From Planctomycetota bacterium (GTDB lineage: Bacteria; Planctomycetota; UBA1135; GCA-002686595), in NCBI GenBank assembly GCA_016795245.1, contig JAEUIA010000097.1, forward strand, positions 20,267 through 84,266: DNA of 64,000 nucleotides. Direction: 5' to 3'. Position numbers and translations under genes: made by a program. Positions 52,250-61,545 of this stretch are shown here, one piece after another (within the stretch, counting starts at the first letter, position 1; each line of letters opens with the position of its first letter). The notes beneath the pieces are model-generated. The model was not told the origin of the DNA and made no database searches. It saw only the letters and a program-made list of their open reading frames with translations.

Positions 52250-53655
52250 ACGCATTTCGAATCCAGGACGTGATCGAGGCGACCGGCGCGAAACTCATGC
52301 GCGGCAACGCCTCGCGCCTCGTGCACGGCGTGAACACCGACACGCGTTCGATCGCGAGCGGGGAGTTCTTCTTCGCGCTGTCCGGCCTGAATTTCGACGG
52401 CAACCGCTTTGCGCGTGAGGCCATCGACCGGGGTGCCGCGGGAGTGATGCTTGCGAGCGCGGACGGCGCACCCCCGCCCGCGATCAGCGAGCTCCCCCGC
52501 GACACGCCGATCCTCCTGCATCCCTCGCCGCGTGCGGCGCTCGCCGAACTCGCGGTCTGGTATCGCCGCCGTCTGTCGGCGCGCGTCGTCGGCATCACCG
52601 GTTCGTGCGGCAAGACGACGACCAAGAACATCCTGATCGAACTGTTCGCCGCGCGCTGGCGCACGGTCGGCAGTCCGAATTCGTTCAACAACGACATCGG
52701 CGTGCCGTTGACGCTCTTGATGGCCGACGACGAGACCGAAGCGCTGGTCGTCGAGATCGGAACCAATCACCCCGGCGAGATCGCGAATCTCTGCCGCATC
52801 GCGCGTCCCGACGCGGGCATCATCACCACGATCGGCGCCTCGCACCTCGAAGGTCTGGGGTCGATCGCCGGCGTCGCCAAGGAAAAATCGGCGCTGGCCG
52901 CGTCGATCCCCGAGGACGGATTCTGCGTGCTCAACGCCGACAGCACCTGGACCGACTGGATCCGCAAGGAAACGCGCGCCGAAGTCATCACCTTCAGCAT
53001 CGACGGTGCCGGTGATTTGAATGCGACCGACGTGTGGTTCCATTCGGGAGGAACGACCTTCCGTCTGGACGGACGCGAAGTCACTTCGCCGCTGCTCGGC
53101 TTGCACAACGTGCAAAACCTGCTGGCCGCGCTCTCGGCCTGTCGCGGGCTCGGGCTGTCGCTCGATGACGTGCTGCCGTCCGTCTCGCGCCTGCGCGCCG
53201 GACGCGGTCGCCTCGACCGCATCCAATGCGGGCGCTTCACCTTGATCGACGACAGCTACAACGCCAATCCGGAATCAGCGCGCGCCAGCGTGCGCGTCTT
53301 GAGCGGATTGCACGGACACCGCCGACGCGTGCTCGTGCTCGGTGACATGCTCGAACTCGGCGAACACGCCGGCGAAATGCACTTTCAGATCGGCGCCGAG
53401 GCTGCGAAGAGCGGGCTCGATCTGCTGGTGCTCGTCGGCAGCTTGACCCGGGCCGCCGCCGCCGGTGCCTTGGAGGGCGGACTGCCGCCGGAGCGCGTCG
53501 TTCACGTCGAGGACACCGACGAAGCGCTGCAACTCGTCCCGCCGTTGATCGAGTCGGGCGACGTCGTTTTGGTCAAGGGCAGTCGCGCGACGGGCCTCGA
53601 TCGCCTCGTGAAACACCTGGTCGACCGCGAAAGCAGTCGAGAACACGCCGCCTGA
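52246..53655 (+). CDS. murF: UDP-N-acetylmuramoyl-tripeptide--D-alanyl-D-alanine ligase
   Basis: The ATG at 52246 overlaps the murE TGA (ATGA). Motifs are VNTDTRSIASGEFFFAL and GITGSCGKTTTKNIL. Confidence 0.9.
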   Translation: MNAFRIQDVIEATGAKLMRGNASRLVHGVNTDTRSIASGEFFFALSGLNFDGNRFAREAIDRGAAGVMLASADGAPPPAISELPRDTPILLHPSPRAALAELAVWYRRRLSARVVGITGSCGKTTTKNILIELFAARWRTVGSPNSFNNDIGVPLTLLMADDETEALVVEIGTNHPGEIANLCRIARPDAGIITTIGASHLEGLGSIAGVAKEKSALAASIPEDGFCVLNADSTWTDWIRKETRAEVITFSIDGAGDLNATDVWFHSGGTTFRLDGREVTSPLLGLHNVQNLLAALSACRGLGLSLDDVLPSVSRLRAGRGRLDRIQCGRFTLIDDSYNANPESARASVRVLSGLHGHRRRVLVLGDMLELGEHAGEMHFQIGAEAAKSGLDLLVLVGSLTRAAAAGALEGGLPPERVVHVEDTDEALQLVPPLIESGDVVLVKGSRATGLDRLVKHLVDRESSREHAA

Positions 53656-54800
53656 TGTTCCCGGGCATCTTCGACGACATCCTGCGCATCCAGCTGTTCG
53701 GATACATCTCGTTCCGAGTGGCCATGGCCGCGTTGACTGCGTTCGCCTTCGCGATCCTCATGGGCAGGCCCGTGATCGCATGGTTGCGCGCGCACAAGGT
53801 CAGCGAGGGGATCAAGGGTGATTCGGCCGATCTCGATGCCTTGACGCAGAAGAGCGAGAAGAAGAGCACGCCGACCATGGGCGGCAGCTTCCTCGTGTTG
53901 TCCCTGATCGGGTCCGTGCTGTTGTGGGGGCGGCTAGACAACATCCACGTCGTGCTGGCGGTGTTGCTCACCGCCGGACTCGCCGCGGTCGGCTTCGTCG
54001 ACGATTTCAAGAAGCTCACCGTGCTGAAGAGCAAGGGCCTCAAGCCGCGCGCCAAGATGATCGGTCTCACGGCCGCGACCTTGTTCGCCCTGGGGTGCTT
54101 CGCCTACTACGCATCGACCTCCGGTCGCGCCACGCTGCTCGATCTGTTCCCGCCGTTCTTCAAAGACGTGCGCATTTCGCTGGCAGCACTCGGACTCGTG
54201 GGGGTGATGATCTTCATCGTCTTCCAGTGGTTCGTCGTGGTCGGAACTTCGAACGCGTGCAACATCACCGACGGACTCGACGGACTCGCGGCCGGCTGCA
54301 TGATCATCTCGGGGCTGACGCTCTCGATCTTCTGCTACGTCACGGGCCGCGCCGACTGGACCGGGTACCTGGGTCTGCCGCATGTCGCGGCCGCTTCCGA
54401 AATGGCGGTCGTGGGCGGCGCCTTGTGCGGCGCGTGCATGGGATTCCTCTGGTACAACGCCTACCCGGCGCGCGTCTTCATGGGCGACTCGGGCTCGCTG
54501 CCGCTGGGCGGCTTGCTGGCCTGGATGGCGCTCGTCGCCAAACAAGAACTCGTATTGCCGCTGATCGGCTTCGTGTTCTTCGCCGAACTCGCGTCGAGCT
54601 TCATCCAGACGCAGTACTACAAGCGCTCGGGCGGTAAACGCATCTTCACCATGGCGCCCATTCACCATGGGTTGCAGGTGAAGGGCGGCATTTTCAAGCC
54701 GGGTGAAAAGCCCTGGCATGAAATGCAGATCGTCGTCCGTGCGTGGATCATCGCGGCTGCTTGCGCCATGGCGAGCCTGTCCCTCTTGAAGGTGCGGTAG
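53655..54800 (+). CDS. mraY: Phospho-N-acetylmuramoyl-pentapeptide transferase
   Basis: The ATG shares 1 nt with the murF TGA. Motifs are KSTPTMGG, NACNITDGLDGLAAG and MGDSGSLPLGG. Confidence 0.92.
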   Translation: MFPGIFDDILRIQLFGYISFRVAMAALTAFAFAILMGRPVIAWLRAHKVSEGIKGDSADLDALTQKSEKKSTPTMGGSFLVLSLIGSVLLWGRLDNIHVVLAVLLTAGLAAVGFVDDFKKLTVLKSKGLKPRAKMIGLTAATLFALGCFAYYASTSGRATLLDLFPPFFKDVRISLAALGLVGVMIFIVFQWFVVVGTSNACNITDGLDGLAAGCMIISGLTLSIFCYVTGRADWTGYLGLPHVAAASEMAVVGGALCGACMGFLWYNAYPARVFMGDSGSLPLGGLLAWMALVAKQELVLPLIGFVFFAELASSFIQTQYYKRSGGKRIFTMAPIHHGLQVKGGIFKPGEKPWHEMQIVVRAWIIAAACAMASLSLLKVR

Positions 54801-56018
54801 ATGTCACGGTTCAAGCGAGGTCCGGCGCTCCCCGAAGGAGTCGTGCTACCGAAGGAGCGGCAACTGTCGCTGCTCGAACGCCTCGATTCGCTGACCCAGC
54901 GCGTCGAGACGATCGATCCGCGCGAGCCCGCGATGTCGCTCTTCTGGTGCGTGCTCGGCCTGATGGGTATCGGCCTGATCCTGCAGGTCAACCATGCCGC
55001 GACGACGCAACCGCCGGACGTGTTCTGGGCCGGACTATGGAGTCAGCTCGGTTTCCGCTGCGCCGCCGTGATGGCGCTGCTCGCGGGTATCCGCATCGGG
55101 CCGCAACGGCTGCGGCGCTACATCCCGGCGCTGACCGTGATCACGCTGATCACACTCATCCTGGTCTACGTCCCGGGCTTCGCCGCATCGAAGAACGGCG
55201 CAAGACGGTGGGTGTCCTTCCCGTTCACAGGCTTCTCGTTCCAACCCTCCGAACTCGCGCGCATCGTGATGATCCTGTGGGTCGCCGACCGCTGCATCCG
55301 GCTGGAGAAGAACGTCGAAGATTGGAAGCGCGGCGTGTGGCCCATGCTGCGACTGGGTCTGGTGTTTTTCGCGCTGATCCTGTGCGAAACGGACCTGGGC
55401 GGGGCGTTGCTCTTCCTGTCGTGCTTCCTGGCCACGATGTGGGTCGGCGGCGCTCGTCCGATCCACGTCTACGGTCCGCTGTTCAGCGTGGGCGGTGTCG
55501 CGTTCCTGGTGGTGATCACGTTCGTCGGCTACATCCGCCAACGCATCGAGATGTGGCTCGGCAGTGCCGTCAACGATCAAGTGCAGCGCTCGAGCGAAGC
55601 CATCGCCAGCGGCGACTGGACGGGCGTCGGGCTAGGCCACGGCTTGTTCCGCAATGCGCGCGTGCCTTATCTCGAATCGGACTACGTGTTCGCGCTGACC
55701 GGCGAGGAACTCGGGCTGCTCGGCATGCTGCTCGTCCTCGGCTTGTTCCTCGCGTTCCTGTGGTTCGCGCTGCGCTACGTCCTCTCGATCCGTGATCGCT
55801 ACGACGCCTTGTGCGCCTTCGGACTGTTGCTCTCCGTCGGTCTGCAAGCCATGGTGCACGTGCAAGTCGTCACGGGTCTCGCTCCGCCCAAGGGCATGCC
55901 TCTGCCGTTCTTGAGTCACGGCGGCACGTCTCTCGTCGTTTCCTCGCTCGCGGTCGGTCTGGCTCTGGGCGCTGCCCGGGCGATCAAACCGGCCGAGTCC
56001 AACAAGATCGAATCCTGA
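54801..56018 (+). CDS. ftsW: SEDS-family peptidoglycan glycosyltransferase (FtsW/RodA type)
   Basis: The ATG immediately follows the mraY TAG. Motifs are FQPSELARIVMILWVA and GLAPPKGMPLPFLSHGGTSLV. Confidence 0.88.
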   Translation: MSRFKRGPALPEGVVLPKERQLSLLERLDSLTQRVETIDPREPAMSLFWCVLGLMGIGLILQVNHAATTQPPDVFWAGLWSQLGFRCAAVMALLAGIRIGPQRLRRYIPALTVITLITLILVYVPGFAASKNGARRWVSFPFTGFSFQPSELARIVMILWVADRCIRLEKNVEDWKRGVWPMLRLGLVFFALILCETDLGGALLFLSCFLATMWVGGARPIHVYGPLFSVGGVAFLVVITFVGYIRQRIEMWLGSAVNDQVQRSSEAIASGDWTGVGLGHGLFRNARVPYLESDYVFALTGEELGLLGMLLVLGLFLAFLWFALRYVLSIRDRYDALCAFGLLLSVGLQAMVHVQVVTGLAPPKGMPLPFLSHGGTSLVVSSLAVGLALGAARAIKPAESNKIES

Positions 56019-56067
56019 ATCTCATTCAACCTTCTGTTTCCAACAGTCATCCAACTCCGCACTTCCG

Positions 56068-57048
56068 ATGTCTCTACCCATGAACGAAAAACTTCCGACC
56101 AAGTCCGCCCAAGGCTCCCCCAAGATGCAGCAGATCGAACGCTACGGCGTCATCGCGCTCGTCTTCCTGTTGGTCACGATCGTGGCCGTTTCCTTCTGGG
56201 GTGACAGCAAGTCACCTGGATTCTGGTCGCGCCTGACGGGCAAGACCGAAGCCAAGAAGGATGTCGCGCAACTGACCGTCGCGCCCGACACGCTCGTCGT
56301 CGATCACGTGACGAATCCGAACTTGCCGCTCGGAGCGGGCGCGCCGCCCGTCGCCCCGGATCAGTCGGTGCCTGGGGCCAATGTCCCGGTCCTCGACGGC
56401 AACGTCGCCACGCTCAACGACAATCCGCTGGCCGGTTCCGGCACGATCGGCGGCGCCAACTCGTTCGCGCCCCCGTCCGGCGAAATCCCGCCCGTCGTCG
56501 TCAACATCAACAAGGTCCCGTCCGCACCTGTGACGCCGCCGTCCCCCGCACCGCGCGCCTCGGACTACACGATCCAGAAGGGCGACAGCCTGGCTTTGAT
56601 CGCCAAGCGTCAACTCGGCAGCGAAGGTCGCTGGACGGAGATCCAGGCCGCGAATCCGGGCCTGGACCCGCGGCGCCTCGCTGTCGGCTCGACGATTCGC
56701 ATGCCGAGCGGCGCCGCGGCTAGCGTGTCGAAGTCCACGCCGACCCCCAAGGCTGCCCCGAAAACGACCACGAATTCCGCTCCGAAGTCGGCTGCGTCCG
56801 CGCGGTCGTACACGATCAAGAAGGGCGATGCCCTGCGTTCCATCGCGCGTTCGCAACTCGGCGACGAGAACCGCTGGAAGGACATCATGGCCCTGAACCC
56901 CGGGCTCGACCCGGCGCGTCTCGCGATCGGCAGCACGATCAAGCTGCCTGGAGGTGCGACCGCCGCGCCCAAGCGCACGTCGCCCGCTTCGTCGAACTCG
57001 ACGACCGCGGTCGCCACGGCCATCGACAACAAGCCGCGCGTCAAGTGA
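56068..57048 (+). CDS. Membrane-anchored protein with two LysM domains
   Basis: The TM segment is VIALVFLLVTIVAVSFW. The two LysM repeats are YTIQKGDSLALIAKRQLGSEGRWTEIQAANPGLDPRRLAVGSTIRMP and YTIKKGDALRSIARSQLGDENRWKDIMALNPGLDPARLAIGSTIKLP. Confidence 0.85.
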   Translation: MSLPMNEKLPTKSAQGSPKMQQIERYGVIALVFLLVTIVAVSFWGDSKSPGFWSRLTGKTEAKKDVAQLTVAPDTLVVDHVTNPNLPLGAGAPPVAPDQSVPGANVPVLDGNVATLNDNPLAGSGTIGGANSFAPPSGEIPPVVVNINKVPSAPVTPPSPAPRASDYTIQKGDSLALIAKRQLGSEGRWTEIQAANPGLDPRRLAVGSTIRMPSGAAASVSKSTPTPKAAPKTTTNSAPKSAASARSYTIKKGDALRSIARSQLGDENRWKDIMALNPGLDPARLAIGSTIKLPGGATAAPKRTSPASSNSTTAVATAIDNKPRVK

Positions 57049-57225
57049 ACGGACGTCTGCGACTGTTCCTGTGCGGCGCGTGCGTCGCGATCGGCGCGTT
57101 TCATGCGCCGCATTCGACGCGCGTGCTCGTGCAGGATCTGATCGGTCCCTACGGGGCCGACGCGAGCGCCGAGGCGCAAGCACACCTGTCATGGACGCCG
57201 GTGGATACCAAGACTGGGAGGGTCG

Positions 57226-58449
57226 ATGCCGCGGGCAGCGACAGTGAGCGCGCCGGACGCACTGCGGACCGGCGCTGAAGTGACGCGGATCGCCGGCGCG
57301 CAGCGCGAATTGCGGATCGCGCTCGCCGGCGGGGGCACGGGCGGACACATCGTGCCCGGCCTGCATCTCCTGGCCGGAGTCGAGGAGGACTGCGCACGGC
57401 CGGTCGACGTCGTCTGGTTCACGAGTGGTCGAGCGGTCGAGGACCGCGTCCTGGGCGCCGCGCGCGAGCAACTCGCGGCGACGCCGTTCGAGCGCGTCGT
57501 GCTCCCCATCGAACCCAAGGGCGGGGGAGCACCATCGCGCGCCGGGCTCGTGCTGCGCACGCCATCCGCGGTCCTGCGCGCGCGCGAGCGCTTGATCGCG
57601 CATCGTTCGGACGTTGTGGTGGGGCTGGGCGGGTTCACGTCGCTGCCGGTCGTGTTGGCAGCGCGCAGTCTGAAGATCCCGGTCGTGTTGCTGGAAGTGA
57701 ACGCACACCGCGGCGAAGCCACGCGTTGGCTCGCGCGCTTTGCGGCGCGCATTCTGCACGCCTCTCGCGCGACACTCCCGGACGGCGAGGATCGTGTGAA
57801 TCGCTTCGTCGGGCCGCCGCTCGCGCCGTTTTTCGCCGCGCACGCAGCCTTGGACGAGAGTGCACGCGAACGTGCGGCTCAGACCGCACGGCGCGAACTC
57901 GGTCTGGATCCGAAGCGGCCGCTGCTCGTCGTCCTCGGCGGAAGTCAGGGATCGAGCGCTCTGAATGCGTTCGTGCGCGAGCACCTGGTGTCGTTCCTCG
58001 CCTCTGGCTTGCAGGTCGTGCACCAGACCGGGCCCAACAAGATCCGCGAGGCGGGGCCCGAGTGCAGCGGGTACCGGGCGCAGGAGTACGTCGAGGACGT
58101 TCCGCGCGCACTGACGGCTGCGACGATCGCGCTCGTGCGCGGCGGAGCCTCGACGTTGGCCGAGGTCGCGGCGCTGCGCGTACCCGCTCTGGTCGCTCCG
58201 TATCCAGGCCACGCGGACAAACATCAGGAGAAAAACGCCGCGCAGTTGGGAGCCGGCGTCCTGATCGTGCAAGATTCCGAGTTGAACGCGCACGCGCGGG
58301 ACGAGATCCTCGCCCTGTCGCGTGCCACCGGTTCGAATCGGTTGCGTTCGATGCGCACGGCGCTCGCTGCCGCAGTGCCGACGGATTCGACGCGACGCAT
58401 CTGGCGCGAGATTTTGGCTGCAAAACTGGAGAGAGAGAACACGAAGTGA
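57226..58449 (+). CDS. murG: UDP-N-acetylglucosamine--N-acetylmuramyl-(pentapeptide) pyrophosphoryl-undecaprenol GlcNAc transferase
   Basis: Motifs are RIALAGGGTGGHIVPGLHLL, GGSQGSSALN and GASTLAEV. An ATG is at 57226, and the ~30-aa N-terminal lead makes the exact start uncertain. Confidence 0.88.
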   Translation: MPRAATVSAPDALRTGAEVTRIAGAQRELRIALAGGGTGGHIVPGLHLLAGVEEDCARPVDVVWFTSGRAVEDRVLGAAREQLAATPFERVVLPIEPKGGGAPSRAGLVLRTPSAVLRARERLIAHRSDVVVGLGGFTSLPVVLAARSLKIPVVLLEVNAHRGEATRWLARFAARILHASRATLPDGEDRVNRFVGPPLAPFFAAHAALDESARERAAQTARRELGLDPKRPLLVVLGGSQGSSALNAFVREHLVSFLASGLQVVHQTGPNKIREAGPECSGYRAQEYVEDVPRALTAATIALVRGGASTLAEVAALRVPALVAPYPGHADKHQEKNAAQLGAGVLIVQDSELNAHARDEILALSRATGSNRLRSMRTALAAAVPTDSTRRIWREILAAKLERENTK

Positions 58450-59954
58450 GTCCCGAAGTCACAACGCTGCAATCCGCAGGGATCGGTTCCGCGCGCACGC
58501 CGCGCACGCTCATTCCCGGTATCCCGAAGCGCGTCCATCTGCTCGGCGCGGGCGGCGCCGGCGTGTCCGGAGCAGGACTCATCCTGCACGCGCACGGGCA
58601 TACGGTGACGGGCCATGATCGCGCCGACTCGAATTTCGTCGCCAAGCTGAAGCAGGTGGGCATCCCCGTCACGCTCGGCGCCACGGACGCGGCAGAACTG
58701 CCGCGCGACGTCGAACTCGTCGCGCGCACGGCGGCCTTGGGCGCGGACGATCCGCAAGTCGCCGAAGCCGCGCGCCGCGGAGTTCCGGTGTGGAAATACG
58801 CGGAGTTGCTCGGACGCATCGGCCCGGAGCGGCGCACCATCGCCGTCGCCGGCACGCACGGCAAGACCACGACTTCGTGGATGACGTTTCACGCCTTGCG
58901 CGGAATCGCGGAGGCGGCGGGAGGCACGAGCCATGCTCCGGGCGCCTTGATCGGCGGCACGTGTCGCGTGGTCGAGGCCAACGCCGTCGCGCCCGAAGCC
59001 GACGGCTGGTTCGCCTGCGAAGCCTGCGAGTTCGATCGTTCGTTCCTGCAACTCTCGCCCGAAGGCGCGATCGTCACGAACATCGAACCCGATCACCTCG
59101 ACTACTACGGCAGCCTCGCTGCGATCGAAGAGGCGTTCGCGCGCTTCGTCGACCGCATCCACCCCGACGGTTTGCTCGTCGTGGGTCGCGATGTGCCCGC
59201 TGCGGTCGTATCGGCCGCGCCGTGCGACGTGTGGCGACTCGGGCGTGAACTGCACATCGATCTCCTCGGCGAGAGCCACGGTCATTTCCGCTTCCGTCTG
59301 CGCGGTCCGGGTTTCGCGACGCCGCCGGTGACCTTGAGCGTCCCGGGCGCGTTCAACGTCGAGAACGCGGCGCTCGCGCTGGGCCTCGCGATCGGACTGG
59401 CCGCGCCCGCGCAAGGCGTGGGGCCGGATGCGGCGGCCGCCGCCGCAGCGCGCACCGTGCACCGCTACAAGGGCGCGCTGCGCCGCTTCGAGCCGTGGGG
59501 CACGGTCGGAGGCGTCGAACTCATCCACGACTACGCGCACCATCCGACCGAAGTCCGGGTGACGCTCGAAGCCGCGCGCCGCACGCTGCCGGGCAAACCG
59601 ATCCACGTGTTGTTCCAGCCGCACCAGCACAGTCGCACCGCGCGCTTCCTCGAAGACTTCGTCGAATCCCTGCGCGGCGCGGATCGCGTCGTGGTGGCCG
59701 ACGTGTACGGCGCGCGTGCGCACATCGACTCGAAGAGCGCGGGCGCGCCCGAGCTCGTGACGCTGCTCAGTCGAGCGGGCGTCGATGCCGTCCTGGGCGG
59801 CGAGCCCAAGACCGCGATCCTGAAACTTTGCGAGCGTCTCCCCGCCGGTGGGGCGGCGCTCATCCTCGGCGCCGGCGACATCGACAATTCCAAAAATGAC
59901 CTCATTGAAGAGCTGGCCTTGCGCGGCCCTGCCGCACGCGGATCTCTCCGCTAG
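58446..59954 (+). CDS. murC: UDP-N-acetylmuramate--L-alanine ligase
   Basis: The GTG at 58446 overlaps the murG TGA (GTGA). Motifs are VHLLGAGGAGVSGAGLILHAHGHTVTGHD and VAGTHGKTTTSWM. Confidence 0.9.
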   Translation: MSPEVTTLQSAGIGSARTPRTLIPGIPKRVHLLGAGGAGVSGAGLILHAHGHTVTGHDRADSNFVAKLKQVGIPVTLGATDAAELPRDVELVARTAALGADDPQVAEAARRGVPVWKYAELLGRIGPERRTIAVAGTHGKTTTSWMTFHALRGIAEAAGGTSHAPGALIGGTCRVVEANAVAPEADGWFACEACEFDRSFLQLSPEGAIVTNIEPDHLDYYGSLAAIEEAFARFVDRIHPDGLLVVGRDVPAAVVSAAPCDVWRLGRELHIDLLGESHGHFRFRLRGPGFATPPVTLSVPGAFNVENAALALGLAIGLAAPAQGVGPDAAAAAAARTVHRYKGALRRFEPWGTVGGVELIHDYAHHPTEVRVTLEAARRTLPGKPIHVLFQPHQHSRTARFLEDFVESLRGADRVVVADVYGARAHIDSKSAGAPELVTLLSRAGVDAVLGGEPKTAILKLCERLPAGGAALILGAGDIDNSKNDLIEELALRGPAARGSLR

Positions 59955-60873
59955 AACCACGATGCGTGTCGGCGGCGCAGCGGAATGGCTGCTCGAGCCG
60001 GCGACGCCCGACGAATTGCGCCGTGCCGTCGTGGCCGCGCGCGAGGAGGGCTTCGTGCCGCGCATCCTCGGCGGCGGCGCGAATCTGCTCGTCGACGACG
60101 GAGTGCTGCCCGGGGTCGTGATCACGACCGACCGAATCAAGCGTCTGTTCAGACCCGAGATCGACGGCCCGAACAGCGTGCGCGATGCGATCGAGATGGC
60201 GCCGCGCATGGCGCCCGCGCCGCGCGAAGAAGGCCTGCGCTTCGTCGCCTGGAGCGGCGTGTCGATGCCCAAGCTCGTCAACGCTGCCGCCGAACTCGGA
60301 TGGAGCGGAGTCGAAGGACTCGCCGGCGTGCCCGGCAACGTCGGCGGGGGCGTCGCGATGAACGCGGGCGGGCGCTGGGGCGAGATGTGGGGCGTCGTCG
60401 AACGCGTGCTCGTCGTCGACGAGCAGGGCGAGTTCCAGGAACTCGATCGTCAATCCTGCTCGCCGCGCTACCGCAACGGAGGACTGGGCGCGAAGATCGT
60501 CGTCTCGGCCCTCCTGCACTTCGATCTCGACGATCCGAAGTCGGTCAAGGAGCGCGGGCGCGATTTCCTGTTGGAGAAAAACCGCGTCCAACCCGTGACG
60601 GCCTGGTCGGCCGGTTGCATCTTCAAGAACCCGGACAAGCTGGCGAGCGGCGGACGCTCGGCAGGCAAGCTGGTCGAGGAGTGCGGGCTGAAGGGGCGCG
60701 TCGTCGGCGACGCGATCGTCTCACCGCTGCACGGCAACTTCATCGTCAATCGCGGTCGTGCCACGGCGCGCGATGTGTTCGAGTTGATTCGCATCATCCG
60801 TGCCGAAGTCGCCGACAAGACCGGCATCGCGCTCGAACTGGAAGCCAAGGAGTGGCGCGCGGAGAAGGGGTAG
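59896..60873 (+). CDS. murB: UDP-N-acetylenolpyruvoylglucosamine reductase
   Basis: The ATG at 59896 gives MTSLKSWPCAALPHADLSARTTMRVGGAAEWLLEP. Later motifs are LGGGANLLV and GCIFKNP. It overlaps the murC 3' end by 59 bp. Confidence 0.85.
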   Translation: MTSLKSWPCAALPHADLSARTTMRVGGAAEWLLEPATPDELRRAVVAAREEGFVPRILGGGANLLVDDGVLPGVVITTDRIKRLFRPEIDGPNSVRDAIEMAPRMAPAPREEGLRFVAWSGVSMPKLVNAAAELGWSGVEGLAGVPGNVGGGVAMNAGGRWGEMWGVVERVLVVDEQGEFQELDRQSCSPRYRNGGLGAKIVVSALLHFDLDDPKSVKERGRDFLLEKNRVQPVTAWSAGCIFKNPDKLASGGRSAGKLVEECGLKGRVVGDAIVSPLHGNFIVNRGRATARDVFELIRIIRAEVADKTGIALELEAKEWRAEKG

Positions 60874-61158
60874 GGGGCGGGCCGGATCCGCTGAGTGAAT
60901 GATCGCGATGCCGAGCCGGGCCATGGTTCAGGGATGCGGCGGAGTCGAGGCGGACTCCCTTTCACACTGACGCGCATCGCGCAGCAACGCTTCGCGAGCG
61001 ACATCGAGCTGCAAAGCATCGATACCGACACCGAACTCCGCCCCTGAACGCTTCGCGAGCGGCGCCGAACCTGAGCCCCTCAACGCGTCCAGTCCGACAC
61101 CGAACACACCCAACCAGACCCCACCCCATTGTTGACCTCGGGGTTCGCGATTTGCGCA

Positions 61159-61308
61159 GTGGCGCTCGTCCGAGTTTGACCGTACCGAGCCAGGCTCGTG
61201 TGGTGCATCTTCGCCGGCGTAAAGCCGCGCGCCGGCGCGCGGCTTTACTCCGGCGAAGATGCACCACACGAGCCTGGCTCGGTACGGTCAAACTCGGACG
61301 AGCGCCAC
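61159..61308. repeat. 150-bp near-perfect palindrome (copy B of the element at 30873-30994)
   Basis: The arms 61159-61233 and 61234-61308 are reverse complements at 74 of 75 positions. The core 61178-61289 matches 30878-30989 except at 8 positions. It lies in the convergent intergenic region between murB and the MacB-type permease. Confidence 0.9.
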
Positions 61309-61407
61309 CGCGCGAACCGCGAACGCCGAGACCCGCTGCGAAGCACGCGTCGAATGCTGTTGCTTCCCAGTTTGCCGGGATCTCCTCATCTGCCTCGCGG
61401 GCTGCGG

Positions 61408-61519
61408 TGTTGAATACGGTGCCAGAGCAATTTCATCACACTTCGCGAGGTGCGTCATGACTGTTGGTCAACGGCAGCTTGCGAAGTGTGATGAAATTGC
61501 TCTGGCACCGTATTCAACA
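61408..61519. repeat. 112-bp hairpin/inverted-repeat element: 39-bp perfect arms with a 34-nt loop
   Basis: The left arm tgttgaatacggtgccagagcaatttcatcacacttcgc (61408-61446) is the exact reverse complement of 61481-61519. The arms are visibly less GC-rich than the surrounding sequence. The element ends 27 bp from the stop of the MacB-type permease gene. Confidence 0.9.
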
Positions 61520-61545
61520 GATCGGAGCCTGATTGCGTACGCGAA

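Noticed and set aside
60928-61413. Recurrent small ORFs beginning MWCIF(T/A)GV.PRAGAR.Y(A/S)GEDAPHEPGSVRS. They appear at 30898 +, 60928 - and 61198 +.
   Set aside because: The identical peptides arise only because both strands of the palindromic element read alike. There is no start context or coding signature, so they are treated as an artefact of the repeat.
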